Below are positions 46,442 to 56,085 of a stretch of DNA of 64,000 bases, in pieces. The translations under genes and the position numbers were made by a program. Source of the stretch: an uncultured delta proteobacterium (GTDB taxonomy: Bacteria > Desulfobacterota > Desulfobacteria > Desulfobacterales > SG8-13); NCBI GenBank assembly GCA_963787235.1, contig CAWBCG010000011.1, positions 37,561 to 101,560 of the forward strand. Reading direction: 5' to 3'. Within the stretch, counting starts at the first letter, position 1; each line of letters starts with the position of its first letter. The notes beneath the pieces are model-generated. The model had not been told where the DNA came from. It was given only the letters and a program-made list of their open reading frames with translations, and made no database searches.

Positions 46442-46819
46442 ATGGACAGACCGTATAAGCTGCTCGTTATCGATGACAGTCAGGAAATCCTGGTGGCTCT
46501 CGACAAATATTTCAAGAAAAAGAAATTCGAGGTTGTGACCGCCACTGATGGTCTGGAAGGGATCAAATTGCTCAAAGCAGAGCAAGGCGGATTCGACCTT
46601 GTGATCACCGATCTCGTGATGCCTTACGTCAGCGGCGTGGGGGTTATATCCATACTGAAGAAAGAGTTTCCGGGTACACCGGTGGTGGCGATAACCGGGT
46701 GGGGGGAACATCCGGAAGCATTGGCTATTGAGGCCAACGCGGACATGGTGTTGGAAAAACCTTTTGACTTGGACGAGCTCGAGCAGTCCATCACAGCGTT
46801 GCTCGAGAAGCGGACCTGA
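46442..46819 (+). CDS. Stand-alone response-regulator receiver protein
   Basis: ATG 46442 with AGGA RBS. LLVIDDSQ...DLVITDLVMPYVSG...VVAITG...KPF. Paralog of 53596-53970. Confidence 0.85.
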   Translation: MDRPYKLLVIDDSQEILVALDKYFKKKKFEVVTATDGLEGIKLLKAEQGGFDLVITDLVMPYVSGVGVISILKKEFPGTPVVAITGWGEHPEALAIEANADMVLEKPFDLDELEQSITALLEKRT

Positions 46820-46915
46820 AACAAGAGGGCCCTGTCGGCTGGCATACCCCGGCCGCATTGAAAGCAGGAAACATCGAAAGAGCCGAATTCATCAACATCA
46901 ATTGATAGGGCGAGC

Positions 46916-47968
46916 ATGAGTACGGAAATCGTCGGCGTCAGTCACAACATCCAACGCATAAAAGAACTGATCGAGCAGGTGGCCGATACCGGTCTGAACA
47001 CTCTCGTATGCGGTGAAACCGGAGTCGGTAAAGAGCTGGTCGTTCAAAAACTTTACGAGCAATCGAACCGGATGGGCAAACCGTTTGTAAAAGTCAATTG
47101 TGCGGCGCTGCCGGACGGTTTGCTCGAAAGCGAATTGTTCGGTTACGAACAGGGAGCCTTCACGGGAGCCCAACGACGCCGACGGGGCAAATTTGAACTC
47201 GCACACGGCGGTGTGCTGTTTCTGGATGAGATCGGTGATATGACACTGCCCTTGCAGTCCAAAGTCCTGCATGTACTTCAAGGGGGGCATTTTTCACCAT
47301 TAGGTTCGGAAAAAGATGTCAAAAGCGACACTTGGGTGGTTGCCGCTACAAATCATGAACTCGAAGGCGATATGAAACAAGGCAAGTTCCGCGGCGATCT
47401 GTTTTACCGTCTCAGCACGATCAAAATATACATCAGTCCACTGCGTGAAAGACCGGAGGACATCCCTTACCTCATCGACTACTATCTGCGAGAATACAGT
47501 ATTCAATTCAAAGGTAAAGAGATCACTAAACCGAGCGGTGAGGTTATGAAAAAGATGCTCGGCTATTCATGGCCGGGCAATATCCGGGAACTGCAGAATG
47601 TGCTGAAACGCATTCTGATTCTGGGCGATACCGAGGAAAGCATCGATGAACTGCTTCAAACCGCTGAGGACCAGGGCTATTCAGGGAACAGCAATCCCGG
47701 TAACGTCGCGCCTTTGGTTCACGGTGAATTGATCAACCTCGATTTTGAAAACGGTGCCAAGAATAACTCTTTGTCTCTCAAAAAAGTCAGAAAGAAAGTT
47801 CTCGATCATGTTGAAAGAGAGGTGATCGCCCACGTACTCAACAAGACCGGTTGGAACCGCAGCAAGGCGACTAAAATCCTTAACATCAGCTACAAGACCC
47901 TTCTTTATAAAATCAAGGACCTCCATATCGAGCCCCCCGAAGGTGCCGATTTAAATCAGGAATTATAG
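46916..47968 (+). CDS. Sigma-54-dependent activator consisting only of an AAA+ core and a Fis-type HTH (no N-terminal regulatory domain)
   Basis: Starts directly at the AAA+ domain ([15 protein letters not shown]...CGETGVGKE). GAFTGA intact. [18 protein letters not shown]-terminal HTH ([18 protein letters not shown]). Confidence 0.9.
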   Translation: MSTEIVGVSHNIQRIKELIEQVADTGLNTLVCGETGVGKELVVQKLYEQSNRMGKPFVKVNCAALPDGLLESELFGYEQGAFTGAQRRRRGKFELAHGGVLFLDEIGDMTLPLQSKVLHVLQGGHFSPLGSEKDVKSDTWVVAATNHELEGDMKQGKFRGDLFYRLSTIKIYISPLRERPEDIPYLIDYYLREYSIQFKGKEITKPSGEVMKKMLGYSWPGNIRELQNVLKRILILGDTEESIDELLQTAEDQGYSGNSNPGNVAPLVHGELINLDFENGAKNNSLSLKKVRKKVLDHVEREVIAHVLNKTGWNRSKATKILNISYKTLLYKIKDLHIEPPEGADLNQEL

Positions 47969-48108
47969 CCGGAAAATCGCTCGAAAAATGCAGTTGCACC
48001 CATTGGAAAGTTAGTCTATTTGTCAGCGCGGACCTGAAATCGACTGTCTCTGGCGGCTGACCTGTGAAAGGTGTTGCCTTTTTTTATAACTTGAATACCA
48101 TACCCTTT

Positions 48109-48122
48109 GTTTTTGCAAAAAC
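48109..48122. promoter_or_regulatory. Perfect 14-bp palindrome GTTTTTGCAAAAAC, candidate activator binding site (UAS)
   Basis: Lies about 110-120 nt upstream of the sigma-54 promoter candidate at 48230, the usual UAS distance. Confidence 0.3.
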
Positions 48123-48229
48123 CCAACTCGTTTTCTCCACCGCCGAATTACGATTATAAGGTTATGTAATTATTTATAATTTACGATATAAGCCGGAGTG
48201 GGAAGTCGTCTTTCCAATTGATATTTGAG

Positions 48230-48245
48230 TGGCATGAAAGATGCA
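48230..48245 (+). promoter_or_regulatory. Sigma-54 (-24/-12) promoter candidate
   Basis: TGGCATGAAAGATGCA (TGGCAT-N5-ATGC) with canonical spacing. 262 nt downstream of the activator gene end and about 195 nt upstream of the small ORF start at 48439. Confidence 0.55.
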
Positions 48246-48438
48246 TTTCCAAGAGAAGTGCAAAGTGATTACGAGCGCTTATAACTTTGATATTATTGGA
48301 AATACGAAATGTTCTCCAACGAATTCATTTATATTTAGGAAACATTTTACAGATAACACTGGTTTTAGAAACTTTATCGACATATATCTGTTTCCGCTTT
48401 TACATAGGCTCCGTTCGGAAATATTGAGGATCGTTTCC

Positions 48439-48666
48439 ATGACTGAATTCGAAAAGGACCTACTGTTCCAGATCTCTGCAACCGACGTTGTGACGATCTC
48501 AACCAACCCTTACAAAAAGTTCGTGCTGATCGACAACGGCGGCAGACGAACCGGCGGGGATCGCAGGAATTATTCATATTCAATCCACCTTCCAGAAAGA
48601 AGAGCCCGTAATGACCGGCGCTGTGGTAAGGATCGCCGGAGATATCCCCGTTACAAGTGCGAGTGA
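48439..48666 (+). CDS. Small (75-aa) hypothetical protein with a C-terminal Arg-rich (G/N/K)DRR repeat tail
   Basis: ATG 48439 with GAGGA 8 nt upstream. MTEFEKDLLFQISATDVVTISTNPYKKFVLIDNGGRRTGGDRRNYSYSIHLPERRARNDRRCGKDRRRYPRYKCE. The upstream part of the 141-aa ORF-track ORF looks non-coding. Confidence 0.45.
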   Translation: MTEFEKDLLFQISATDVVTISTNPYKKFVLIDNGGRRTGGDRRNYSYSIHLPERRARNDRRCGKDRRRYPRYKCE

Positions 48667-48863
48667 TTCCCCTTTTTCCCATTTATCCCGGAGCCTACTC
48701 CTATTTATTGAAATCCTTATCGCAAATCAAAGCAGACAGTCGCCGGCCGTTAAGACAAAAAAAACTAAACTGATCAGTTTCCCGCCCAGGCGTGATTCAA
48801 GTGTCAGAACTGCCTCTGGCCGCCGCCTCCAGTTTGATCGAAGAGAAAACTTTTACGTTTAGG

Positions 48864-48933
48864 TGAAAAATTTCAAATCGCAAATAACAAAAATCAGACA
48901 AATCACAACGACCTAAATTCAAAATTACAAACG
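48864..48933 (-). repeat. Intergenic repeat family 3, compact copy
   Basis: The reverse complement carries TTTGTAATTTTGAATTTAGGT and TTTGTTATTTGCGATTTGAAATTTTTCA, matching the end blocks at 65-85 and 220-247. Confidence 0.5.
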
Positions 48934-49039
48934 TGTATTGTGCTGCGGCCACAGCCGTATTAAGATTAGGGACCCAGCATGACTTCAAAATGGCGACCTT
49001 ATTTTTTTGTAAACCGGTAGCTTCGAGAGGAGAGGCTCG

Positions 49040-51715
49040 ATGAGGAATGCGGTTGCAGTGAAGAGCCTGCCATATGCGAAAAACAAGCAAAAAATCAAGG
49101 TTCGCTTCTGGGATCAGATGGTTCTCATCGCTATTGCGTTGGCCGTTTTTTACACCATATTTGATTCAATCCTTTATATTTTTCTTTCCTATGACGTCGA
49201 TTTTTTCAGACGGCTTTTTGGTCCGGACATCAGCGTCATCTGGTCGCGTCTGACCATTTTGGCGCTGCTGTTGCTGCTTGGCTCCCACGCCCAGTTCACG
49301 ATCAATCAACGGCAAGCTGTAGAGGAGGCTCTCAGGGAAAGCGAGGAAAAATATCGCTCGATCATCGAAACCACCCAGGACGGTTATTACGAGGTCGACA
49401 CGGCCGGCAGGTTGACCTTTTTCAACGAGGCCATGTGCGGCATCCTCGGATATTCAAGGGCAGAGCTCAACGCGATGAACAAGAGCTTTCCACTGGATCC
49501 GGAGAGTAATCGTATTGTTAAGCGAGCTTTTAACCGAGTTTACACGTCGGGAATCCCGGCAAAATCGGTCGGTTGGAAATTCGTCCGCAAGGATGGCGTC
49601 CGGCGGTTCGTTGAATCTTCGGTTTCTCTTCTCAAAGACAACAAAGGCCGGACGACCGGATTCAGCGGCTTTTTAAGAGATGTCACCGAGCGGAAACAGG
49701 CTGAAGGGCTGCAACGGGCGAAATTGTCTGCCGAAGCTGCCAACCAGGCGAAAAATGAATTTATTGCCAAGATGAGCCACGAAATTCGTACTCCACTCAA
49801 CTCGATTATCGGCATGGTGGAGTTGATGCTTGGGACGGAGCTTAAACCCCAACAGCGTGAGGATCTGGATGTCGTTATTGCGTCTGCCCATGCGCTGCTG
49901 GCGGTGATCAACAACATTCTCGATCACTCCAAGATCGAAGCCGGCAGACTGGCGCTGGAAGAAACGCTCTTCAGTCCGCGTGAAATCCTCGAAGAGTCCT
50001 TGCGGATCATGGCCATGAAATGCCAGGCAAAGGGCCTGGAGCTGGTCTATCGCGTGGATTCGAATGTGCCCGAACGACTTTACGGCGACCCCGGGCGATT
50101 CCGTCAGGTGCTGCTCAACCTCGTCGACAATGCCTACAAATACACAGATACAGGCGAGATCGTCGTCCGCATGTTTCGCGAGGAAAGTTCCGATTCCGGA
50201 ACCTGCTTGCACGTAACAGTGGCCGATACCGGTATCGGCATTGTCAAAGAAAAACAGTCCGGCATCTTCAAGGCCTTTTCCCAGGCCGATGCCGCTAAAT
50301 CCCGCCGGTACGGCGGGGCCGGTCTCGGCCTGGCCGTATCGACCCAGCTCGTTCAATTGATGGGTGGGCGGATGTGGCTTGAAAGCGATTTGGGCAAGGG
50401 CTCCATTTTCCATTTTACCAGCCGTTTCGGTGGATTGAAGGAGATGGCCCAATCCGGCCCACCGACTGCAGCACCGGCGCTTAACGGGGTGAAAGTCCTG
50501 GTCGTTGACGACAACCGCACCAACTGCAACATCATTGCGGAAATCTTGGAATCCTGGAACATGAAACCCACAGCGGTGTCAGAAATTGAGGCGGCGCGGA
50601 AGATCATCCTTGGCAAGGGTCCGGAGGAAGGGCCTTACAAGGTGGCCCTGATCGATGCCTCACTACCCGGCTCCGGTGGATTCGAACTGGCACGATGGAT
50701 TTCGCAGCAGAATGCTGTCGATCTGCCGATTGTTATCATGTTGACGTATCCTCACCTGAGCATGAAAGTCGATTTCGCCGCGTTGGGTATCTTCAGCAGT
50801 GTGATGAAGCCGGTCCGACCTGTTGAGCTGCTGAAAGCCCTTACCGACGTTTTAAAAATCTCACTCTCGACGACAGCGTCAGTGGAGCGAAAAAGGGTAG
50901 AAAAGCCCGCTGAAGCGGTGCAGCCCCTCAAAATTCTCGTTGCGGAAGATACCCATTTTAATCAGGTATTCATCCAACGGCTGCTGGAACGCTGGGGTCA
51001 CGATGTGGTCATGGTGGAAAATGGGCGGCTGGTCATTGAGAAGCTGTCAGAAACCTCGTTTGACCTGATCTTGATGGATGTCCAAATGCCCATAATGGAT
51101 GGGTACGAGGCAGCCCGCGCCATTCGGGCGGCAGAGTCCGGTAGAGACGGTGAGCACCACATCCCGATAGTTGCCATGACGGCCCACGCTAACAAAGGCG
51201 ACCGGGAACAGTGCTTGACGGCCGGAATGGACGACTACCTGTCGAAACCGATTTCCTCAGGCAAGCTGCAGGACATTTTAAGGGGATTTGCGAACGAGAA
51301 ATACGGTGCGCCAGTGCCGACTACAGGGCACGATGCGGGAGGCGTGAGCCAAGGGCCGCCCATATTAATTGACAAGCAAATGCTGCGAGATGCTTTTGAC
51401 CGGGATTGGGATTTTTTCAAGGAGATAGTCGACTTGTTTATGATCGATTCCCCGCGAATGATCGACCTTTTGCGGGAGACGCTGAAAGCCGGAGACGCGG
51501 CCGCCTTCAGCCGTAACGCCCACGCGGTCAAGGGAATGGCCAGACTGTTTCAGGCCGAGGAGGCGGCGATGATGGCTCAAGCACTCGAAGAAAGGGGCCG
51601 TAACGGCGATCTTGCCGGAGCGGCCGAGGGTGTCGATCGGCTCGCCGTTGGGCTCGATCAGCTGAAGAATGTTTTAATTGGGCTTTTAAACGAAAGGCTG
51701 CCGGAGATAAAATGA
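49040..51715 (+). CDS. Hybrid sensor histidine kinase (2-TM module, PAS, HisKA, HATPase_c, two receivers, C-terminal HPt)
   Basis: H-box FIAKMSHEIRTPLNSIIG. DTGIGI...GGAGLGLAV. Receivers VLVVDDN...ALIDASLPG and ILVAEDT...LILMDVQMPIMDG. HPt NAHAVKGMARLF. Confidence 0.9.
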   Translation: MRNAVAVKSLPYAKNKQKIKVRFWDQMVLIAIALAVFYTIFDSILYIFLSYDVDFFRRLFGPDISVIWSRLTILALLLLLGSHAQFTINQRQAVEEALRESEEKYRSIIETTQDGYYEVDTAGRLTFFNEAMCGILGYSRAELNAMNKSFPLDPESNRIVKRAFNRVYTSGIPAKSVGWKFVRKDGVRRFVESSVSLLKDNKGRTTGFSGFLRDVTERKQAEGLQRAKLSAEAANQAKNEFIAKMSHEIRTPLNSIIGMVELMLGTELKPQQREDLDVVIASAHALLAVINNILDHSKIEAGRLALEETLFSPREILEESLRIMAMKCQAKGLELVYRVDSNVPERLYGDPGRFRQVLLNLVDNAYKYTDTGEIVVRMFREESSDSGTCLHVTVADTGIGIVKEKQSGIFKAFSQADAAKSRRYGGAGLGLAVSTQLVQLMGGRMWLESDLGKGSIFHFTSRFGGLKEMAQSGPPTAAPALNGVKVLVVDDNRTNCNIIAEILESWNMKPTAVSEIEAARKIILGKGPEEGPYKVALIDASLPGSGGFELARWISQQNAVDLPIVIMLTYPHLSMKVDFAALGIFSSVMKPVRPVELLKALTDVLKISLSTTASVERKRVEKPAEAVQPLKILVAEDTHFNQVFIQRLLERWGHDVVMVENGRLVIEKLSETSFDLILMDVQMPIMDGYEAARAIRAAESGRDGEHHIPIVAMTAHANKGDREQCLTAGMDDYLSKPISSGKLQDILRGFANEKYGAPVPTTGHDAGGVSQGPPILIDKQMLRDAFDRDWDFFKEIVDLFMIDSPRMIDLLRETLKAGDAAAFSRNAHAVKGMARLFQAEEAAMMAQALEERGRNGDLAGAAEGVDRLAVGLDQLKNVLIGLLNERLPEIK

Positions 51716-53589
51716 AAATTCTTTTGGTCGACGATGATCGGGTTTTTCTCAAATACCTCACGCGACAACTGGAAACGGCAGGGCACGATGTGGTCACCGC
51801 CGCAGACGGTATTTCCGCCCTTAACCTGCTCACCGAAATCACACCGGACGTCATATTCCTCGACCTGATCCTCCCCAAAATCGACGGCGACAAGCTGTGT
51901 CGCGTCATCCGTAAAATGGATCACCTCAACAATTGTCATCTGGTTGTCATTTCGGCTGTGGTGGCCGAAATGGGGTCCAATTTCGATGATATCGGCGCCG
52001 ATTCCTATATTGCCAAAGGTCCTTTTGCCACAGTTGCCGAGCATGTCATGGCCGTCTTGGAAGCTTCGAGTGCACCGGAGGAGCGGGATAAGTCCAAGAA
52101 AATTTTAGGTCTCGAGCATATTTCACCGCGGCAATTGACCCGTGAATTGCTCTCCCGGAACCAACATCTAAAAACAATACTGGAGAGCATGGAGGAGGGA
52201 ATTCTCGAAATTGTCGAAGGCGTCGTCGTCTATGCCAATTCGGCCGCTGTAAGACTTTTTGGGTTGCCTCTCGAAAAAATACTCGCATCAAATCCGATTA
52301 ACCTCTTTGATGTCAAGGAACGTTTCAGGGTTGCCGACCTGCTCGGCAAAACCGATGCCAAAATGGTCGAAATCGGTGAAAATCGTCCGATCGAACAGGG
52401 CGGACGTCACGTAACGGTCAGGCTATTTCGGGTCAGCTCTGATTCGAAAGGCAGAATCATCCTGATCTCGGATATTACTGACCGCAAACGATTGGAGGTT
52501 CAGCTTCAACACGCTCAGAAAATGGAGGCGATCGGCACAATCGCCAGTGGCGTGGCCCACAATTTCCGGAATAGCTTGACCGGCATTCTGGTGAACAGCC
52601 AAGTTATTCAGGAAAACTATCCGGACAACCCGGAACTGATGGAAATCGCAGGACGGATCAACACGTCGGTCAAAAAAGGCGCACAATTGATTGAGCGGTT
52701 GATGCAGTTCTCTCGTAAACAGATCGTGCGCGAATACCATAAAGTCGACTTTGTGACCGTGATTGCCGGGATTTACCAAATTATTCGAAAATCGTTTAAT
52801 GACAACATCGACATCCGGCTCAACCTCTATCAGTCCTTACCGGTTATCGGCGACGAGGCGGGCTTGAGCCTGGTCTTGATGAACCTGTTTTCCAACGCCA
52901 GGGATGCGATGCCGAACGGCGGTACACTTGAAATTGACGCGCTGAGGGATGGGGTGACGGCTGTGGTCAAAATTTGCGACAGCGGTGAAGGCATGGACGA
53001 AGAGACCTGCAAAAAGTGCTTCGACCCCTTTTTTACAACCAAGGATGTCGGTAAGGGGACCGGTCTCGGACTTTCGACCTCATATGGAATCATTAAGGGA
53101 CACGATGGAGAAATCAGCGTTGAATCCTCACCGCAGAAGGGTACGACGTTTTTGATTCGGCTGCCACTGGCCGATCGGGGTGAAAAAAGTGACCATGGGG
53201 GTCAGCAGGACATCTTAAAAGGCAATGGTCAGACGATCCTTGTTTTCGATGAGAAAGACAAGGAACAGACGTCGCTGCGGGATGTGCTGGATTGCATCGG
53301 TTATCGGCCCGTGCTGACGTCTGCCGAAGATGACATGCTGAATCAATACAAGAATATACGGCCTCAGGCGATACTGCTGGACATTAATTCCCCCGCGGAA
53401 AACGGGACGCCATATGTCGATAAGATCTTGTCGCTTGACCCGTCTGCCAATATTGCGATTTTCTTAAACAATGTTGCCGATGAAACGAAGCTTTCCGGCA
53501 AAGGATCTAACGGAAGGATTAAAGGTTATCTCGGGAAACCTGCGGATGTCGCCGAGCTGAGCCGGTTGTTGGCGGCCTTGTTGAGTTGA
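51712..53589 (+). CDS. Response regulator / histidine kinase hybrid (REC-PAS-HisKA-like-HATPase-REC-like)
   Basis: Start overlaps the upstream stop (ATGA). MKILLVDDD...IFLDLILPKIDG. H-box GVAHNFRNSLTG. DSGEGMD...GTGLGLS. C-terminal receiver-like ILVFDE...ILLDINSP. Confidence 0.9.
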   Translation: MKILLVDDDRVFLKYLTRQLETAGHDVVTAADGISALNLLTEITPDVIFLDLILPKIDGDKLCRVIRKMDHLNNCHLVVISAVVAEMGSNFDDIGADSYIAKGPFATVAEHVMAVLEASSAPEERDKSKKILGLEHISPRQLTRELLSRNQHLKTILESMEEGILEIVEGVVVYANSAAVRLFGLPLEKILASNPINLFDVKERFRVADLLGKTDAKMVEIGENRPIEQGGRHVTVRLFRVSSDSKGRIILISDITDRKRLEVQLQHAQKMEAIGTIASGVAHNFRNSLTGILVNSQVIQENYPDNPELMEIAGRINTSVKKGAQLIERLMQFSRKQIVREYHKVDFVTVIAGIYQIIRKSFNDNIDIRLNLYQSLPVIGDEAGLSLVLMNLFSNARDAMPNGGTLEIDALRDGVTAVVKICDSGEGMDEETCKKCFDPFFTTKDVGKGTGLGLSTSYGIIKGHDGEISVESSPQKGTTFLIRLPLADRGEKSDHGGQQDILKGNGQTILVFDEKDKEQTSLRDVLDCIGYRPVLTSAEDDMLNQYKNIRPQAILLDINSPAENGTPYVDKILSLDPSANIAIFLNNVADETKLSGKGSNGRIKGYLGKPADVAELSRLLAALLS

Positions 53590-53595
53590 CGAATA

Positions 53596-53970
53596 TTAAG
53601 TCTTTGAGAGCAAATCTTCAATATGTTTTCTGAGATCCTTCAATTCGAATGGCTTTACCAGGACACTGTCTGCGTTGGCTTCCCATGCCAATTTTTCTGG
53701 ATGTTCGCCCATACCGGTTATGGCGATCACCGGTGTTACAGGACTTCTCTGCTTTATGACCGCAATGATCCCGACACCACTGACATAAGGCATGACCACG
53801 TCTGTAATAACCAAATCGAATCCTTCGCGATCGGCTTCAATGATTTTCATGCCCTCCAGGCCGTCTGGAGCCGTCACGACTTCGTACCCCTTCCGGCTTA
53901 AAAAGTTCATGAGGCCGGCCAGAATTTCCTGGTTGTCATCGATCAACAATATTCGGGCATTTTTTTTCAT
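53596..53970 (-). CDS. Stand-alone response-regulator receiver protein, paralog of 46442-46819
   Basis: MKKNARILLIDDNQ...DLVITDVVMPYVSGVG...VIAITG...KPF. Start taken at ATG 53970; the ORF track extends to 54006. Confidence 0.85.
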   Translation of the reverse strand: MKKNARILLIDDNQEILAGLMNFLSRKGYEVVTAPDGLEGMKIIEADREGFDLVITDVVMPYVSGVGIIAVIKQRSPVTPVIAITGMGEHPEKLAWEANADSVLVKPFELKDLRKHIEDLLSKT

Positions 53971-54201
53971 TGTATAGACACCAAAAAGTAGATGCCAAAA
54001 TTGCAATATTAAGTTACAATAACAAGTTATCGCCTATTGGGCAAGTCGATTGTTTATCGGAAAAAAATAAGAACGGTAAAATAATACCTATCATGGGATA
54101 AAGTATTACATACATTTTGTGGAAATTAGTTCCATCTAAATGTGACCATTGGGTTGATCAAGATCATCTAAGAGATTCGGGAAAAGCCGCTGGGAGAGGA
54201 G

Positions 54202-54220
54202 TTGGCAAAATTATTGCCAA
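54202..54220. promoter_or_regulatory. Palindromic sigma-54 promoter-like element TTGGCAA-AATTA-TTGCCAA (reads as TGGCAA-N5-TTGC on both strands)
   Basis: Perfect 7-bp arms. On either strand the GG and GC dinucleotides have the canonical spacing. About 220-230 nt upstream of the receiver gene start (53970, minus strand) and about 430 nt upstream of 54650 (plus strand). Confidence 0.45.
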
Positions 54221-54313
54221 TATTTGGTTAAATTGATACATTATATTGGCTTTATACCCTGATATGCTCTTTTTTCTGAAAACCAACCCTGATCGGCATG
54301 TTAATTGCTAATT

Positions 54314-54389
54314 TGTTTCCGTCAATAAATGGCCCTTTTTCGCAATTCCGCTGGTCTACTAATTCATTTGAATTGCACATTTCAGGATC
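54314..54389 (+). repeat. MITE-like repeat family 1, copy D (short, internally deleted)
   Basis: GTTTCCGTCAATAAATGGCCCTTTTTCGCAATTCCG...ATTGCACATTTCAGGATC retains both end regions of the family but lacks the central hairpin part. Confidence 0.6.
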
Positions 54390-54649
54390 TGTACTGATCA
54401 GTGCTTTTGATGAAACCGTGGATGGGAGCTTTTGAGCAAACGACACATTCATAAATAAATGGCGACATTGCGGTGAACCACTATGGTTTTCAACCCGAAT
54501 TGTTTGGAAGCGTAGCCACTACTGATTTCCGCTCTACTGCCGTAAGTGTATTGAAAATAAAGTTATATCAATTGGTTGATGCGTATTTAGCATGGTAATC
54601 AACGCGGCGGAGCTATATAAGCCGGCTTGCAGATTAGAATTTAACCCTT

Positions 54650-56075
54650 ATGGTCGATCTAAACCAGTCTAAGATTGTGCTTTTGGAGGCGGACTCATCC
54701 CGCCGGGATTTCCTAAAGTCCACCTTTTTGAGATGGGGATATCTTCCGTTCGTCTTTGAAAAAGAGTCTATTTGTTTGGACAACCTGACGTCGCTTGATC
54801 CTGATTTGGTTATCTCGTCCAGCGGCGCTTCCGATGACACCATTCGATTTGTCAATTCTCTGAAAATGATCAGATACAGTCTGCCGGTTTTGCTCTTGGC
54901 CGACGATAGTATTTTGGAAGAGTATATCAATACCAGTGGGTTCACAGGTGTCAGGGTCTATCGTAAAAACACTTCGCTCAATAAATTCAGATGTGCCGTT
55001 CTGCAAGCACTTGACCCAAAGACCAACGAGGGAAACGACGGCACCCGGCCGCTGGTTGTCGGGAACAGCCCCGAAATAGCAAAGATAAAAAAGTTGATTC
55101 CAAAGCTCGGCCAGTCCAACGAAGCGGTTATAATCGAAGGAGAGCCTGGAACCGGAAAAGAACTATTGGCGCGTGCCATTCACAGTCATTCCAACAGGCG
55201 GAATAACCCATTTATCAAGGTCAACGCCGTTAAACTTCCATATCAACTTTTAGAAGGCGAACTTTTCGGGAACCAGAATTGTGGCGCCGCCAATTTGCCA
55301 CGGCATAAGAGCGGGATTCTGAGCGTATCTGACAATACAACCTTTTTTATTAAGGAAATCAGTGCAATACCAAATTGGCTGCAGGCTAAAATATCCGAGC
55401 TTCTCGAGGGCGGTTCTTATTCATTCGATTCAAGAGACGGAAGTAAAAAAAATACCATCGATGTCCGTATCATCGCTTCGACAACCCAGCAACTCTGTCC
55501 GGTCTGGTCAAAAAGGGGTTGTTTCGCGAGGACCTGTTCCATCGCTTGAATGTTCTGAAGGTAAGGATTCCGCCCCTTCGAGACAGAATTTCGGACATTC
55601 CCGCGCTCACCGATTTTTTTTCCTACAAGCACTGCTATGAATTCGAAAAGAGTTATTATCAAATATCATCGGCCACTATATCAGGATTTTGTGAATACAA
55701 TTGGCCCGGGAATCTCGAAGAACTTGAAAAGATAGTTGAACAAATTATCCTGTGTGGACAAGAAAAGCATGTGGTGCAGAAACCTTTTAAAGACACGGGC
55801 GCAAGGCAGCCTGCAACAAAAGAACCCGCCCGACAATATTATTGACAATGGTAGCGGGTTTTCTGATATAAAAACGTATTTAGCAGAAACCCAAACTTAT
55901 TCGCTGAAATCCGTTCGGCAAGAGTTATACGGCCGCGGTAGAGAAGAATCTGGTCGGCAAGGCTTTGGAATTTACCGGCGGGAACCGCAAAAAAGCTGCG
56001 CAAGCTCTTGGAATCAGCTATAAATCATTGCTAAACAAAATAAAATCATTTGGCCTTGCCAATAAAGTATCTTGA
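54650..56075 (+). pseudogene. Sigma-54 activator-like gene, degenerate and split over four reading-frame segments
   Basis: Receiver-like N-terminus lacking the acceptor Asp context (DLVISSS). Walker A GEPGTGKE. GAFTGA replaced (NQNCGAANL). Continuation LVKKGLFREDLFHRLNV (55519-55845) and the Fis HTH (ALEFTGGNRKKAAQALGISYKSLLNKIKSFG, stop 56073-56075) lie in other frames. Confidence 0.7.
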
Positions 56076-56085
56076 GGGAAGCTAT

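Noticed and set aside
48241-48438. Upstream two-thirds of the 141-aa ORF-track ORF
   Set aside because: The ATG at 48241 lies inside the promoter element itself. The segment is AT-rich, has odd composition and has no RBS. The internal ATG 48439 has a GAGGA RBS, so only the distal 75 codons are kept.
10128-54389. CRISPR array formed by the repeated elements
   Set aside because: The repeats are 76-190 nt long, kilobases apart, in mixed orientation and belong to different families. There is no regular repeat-spacer periodicity and no cas genes.
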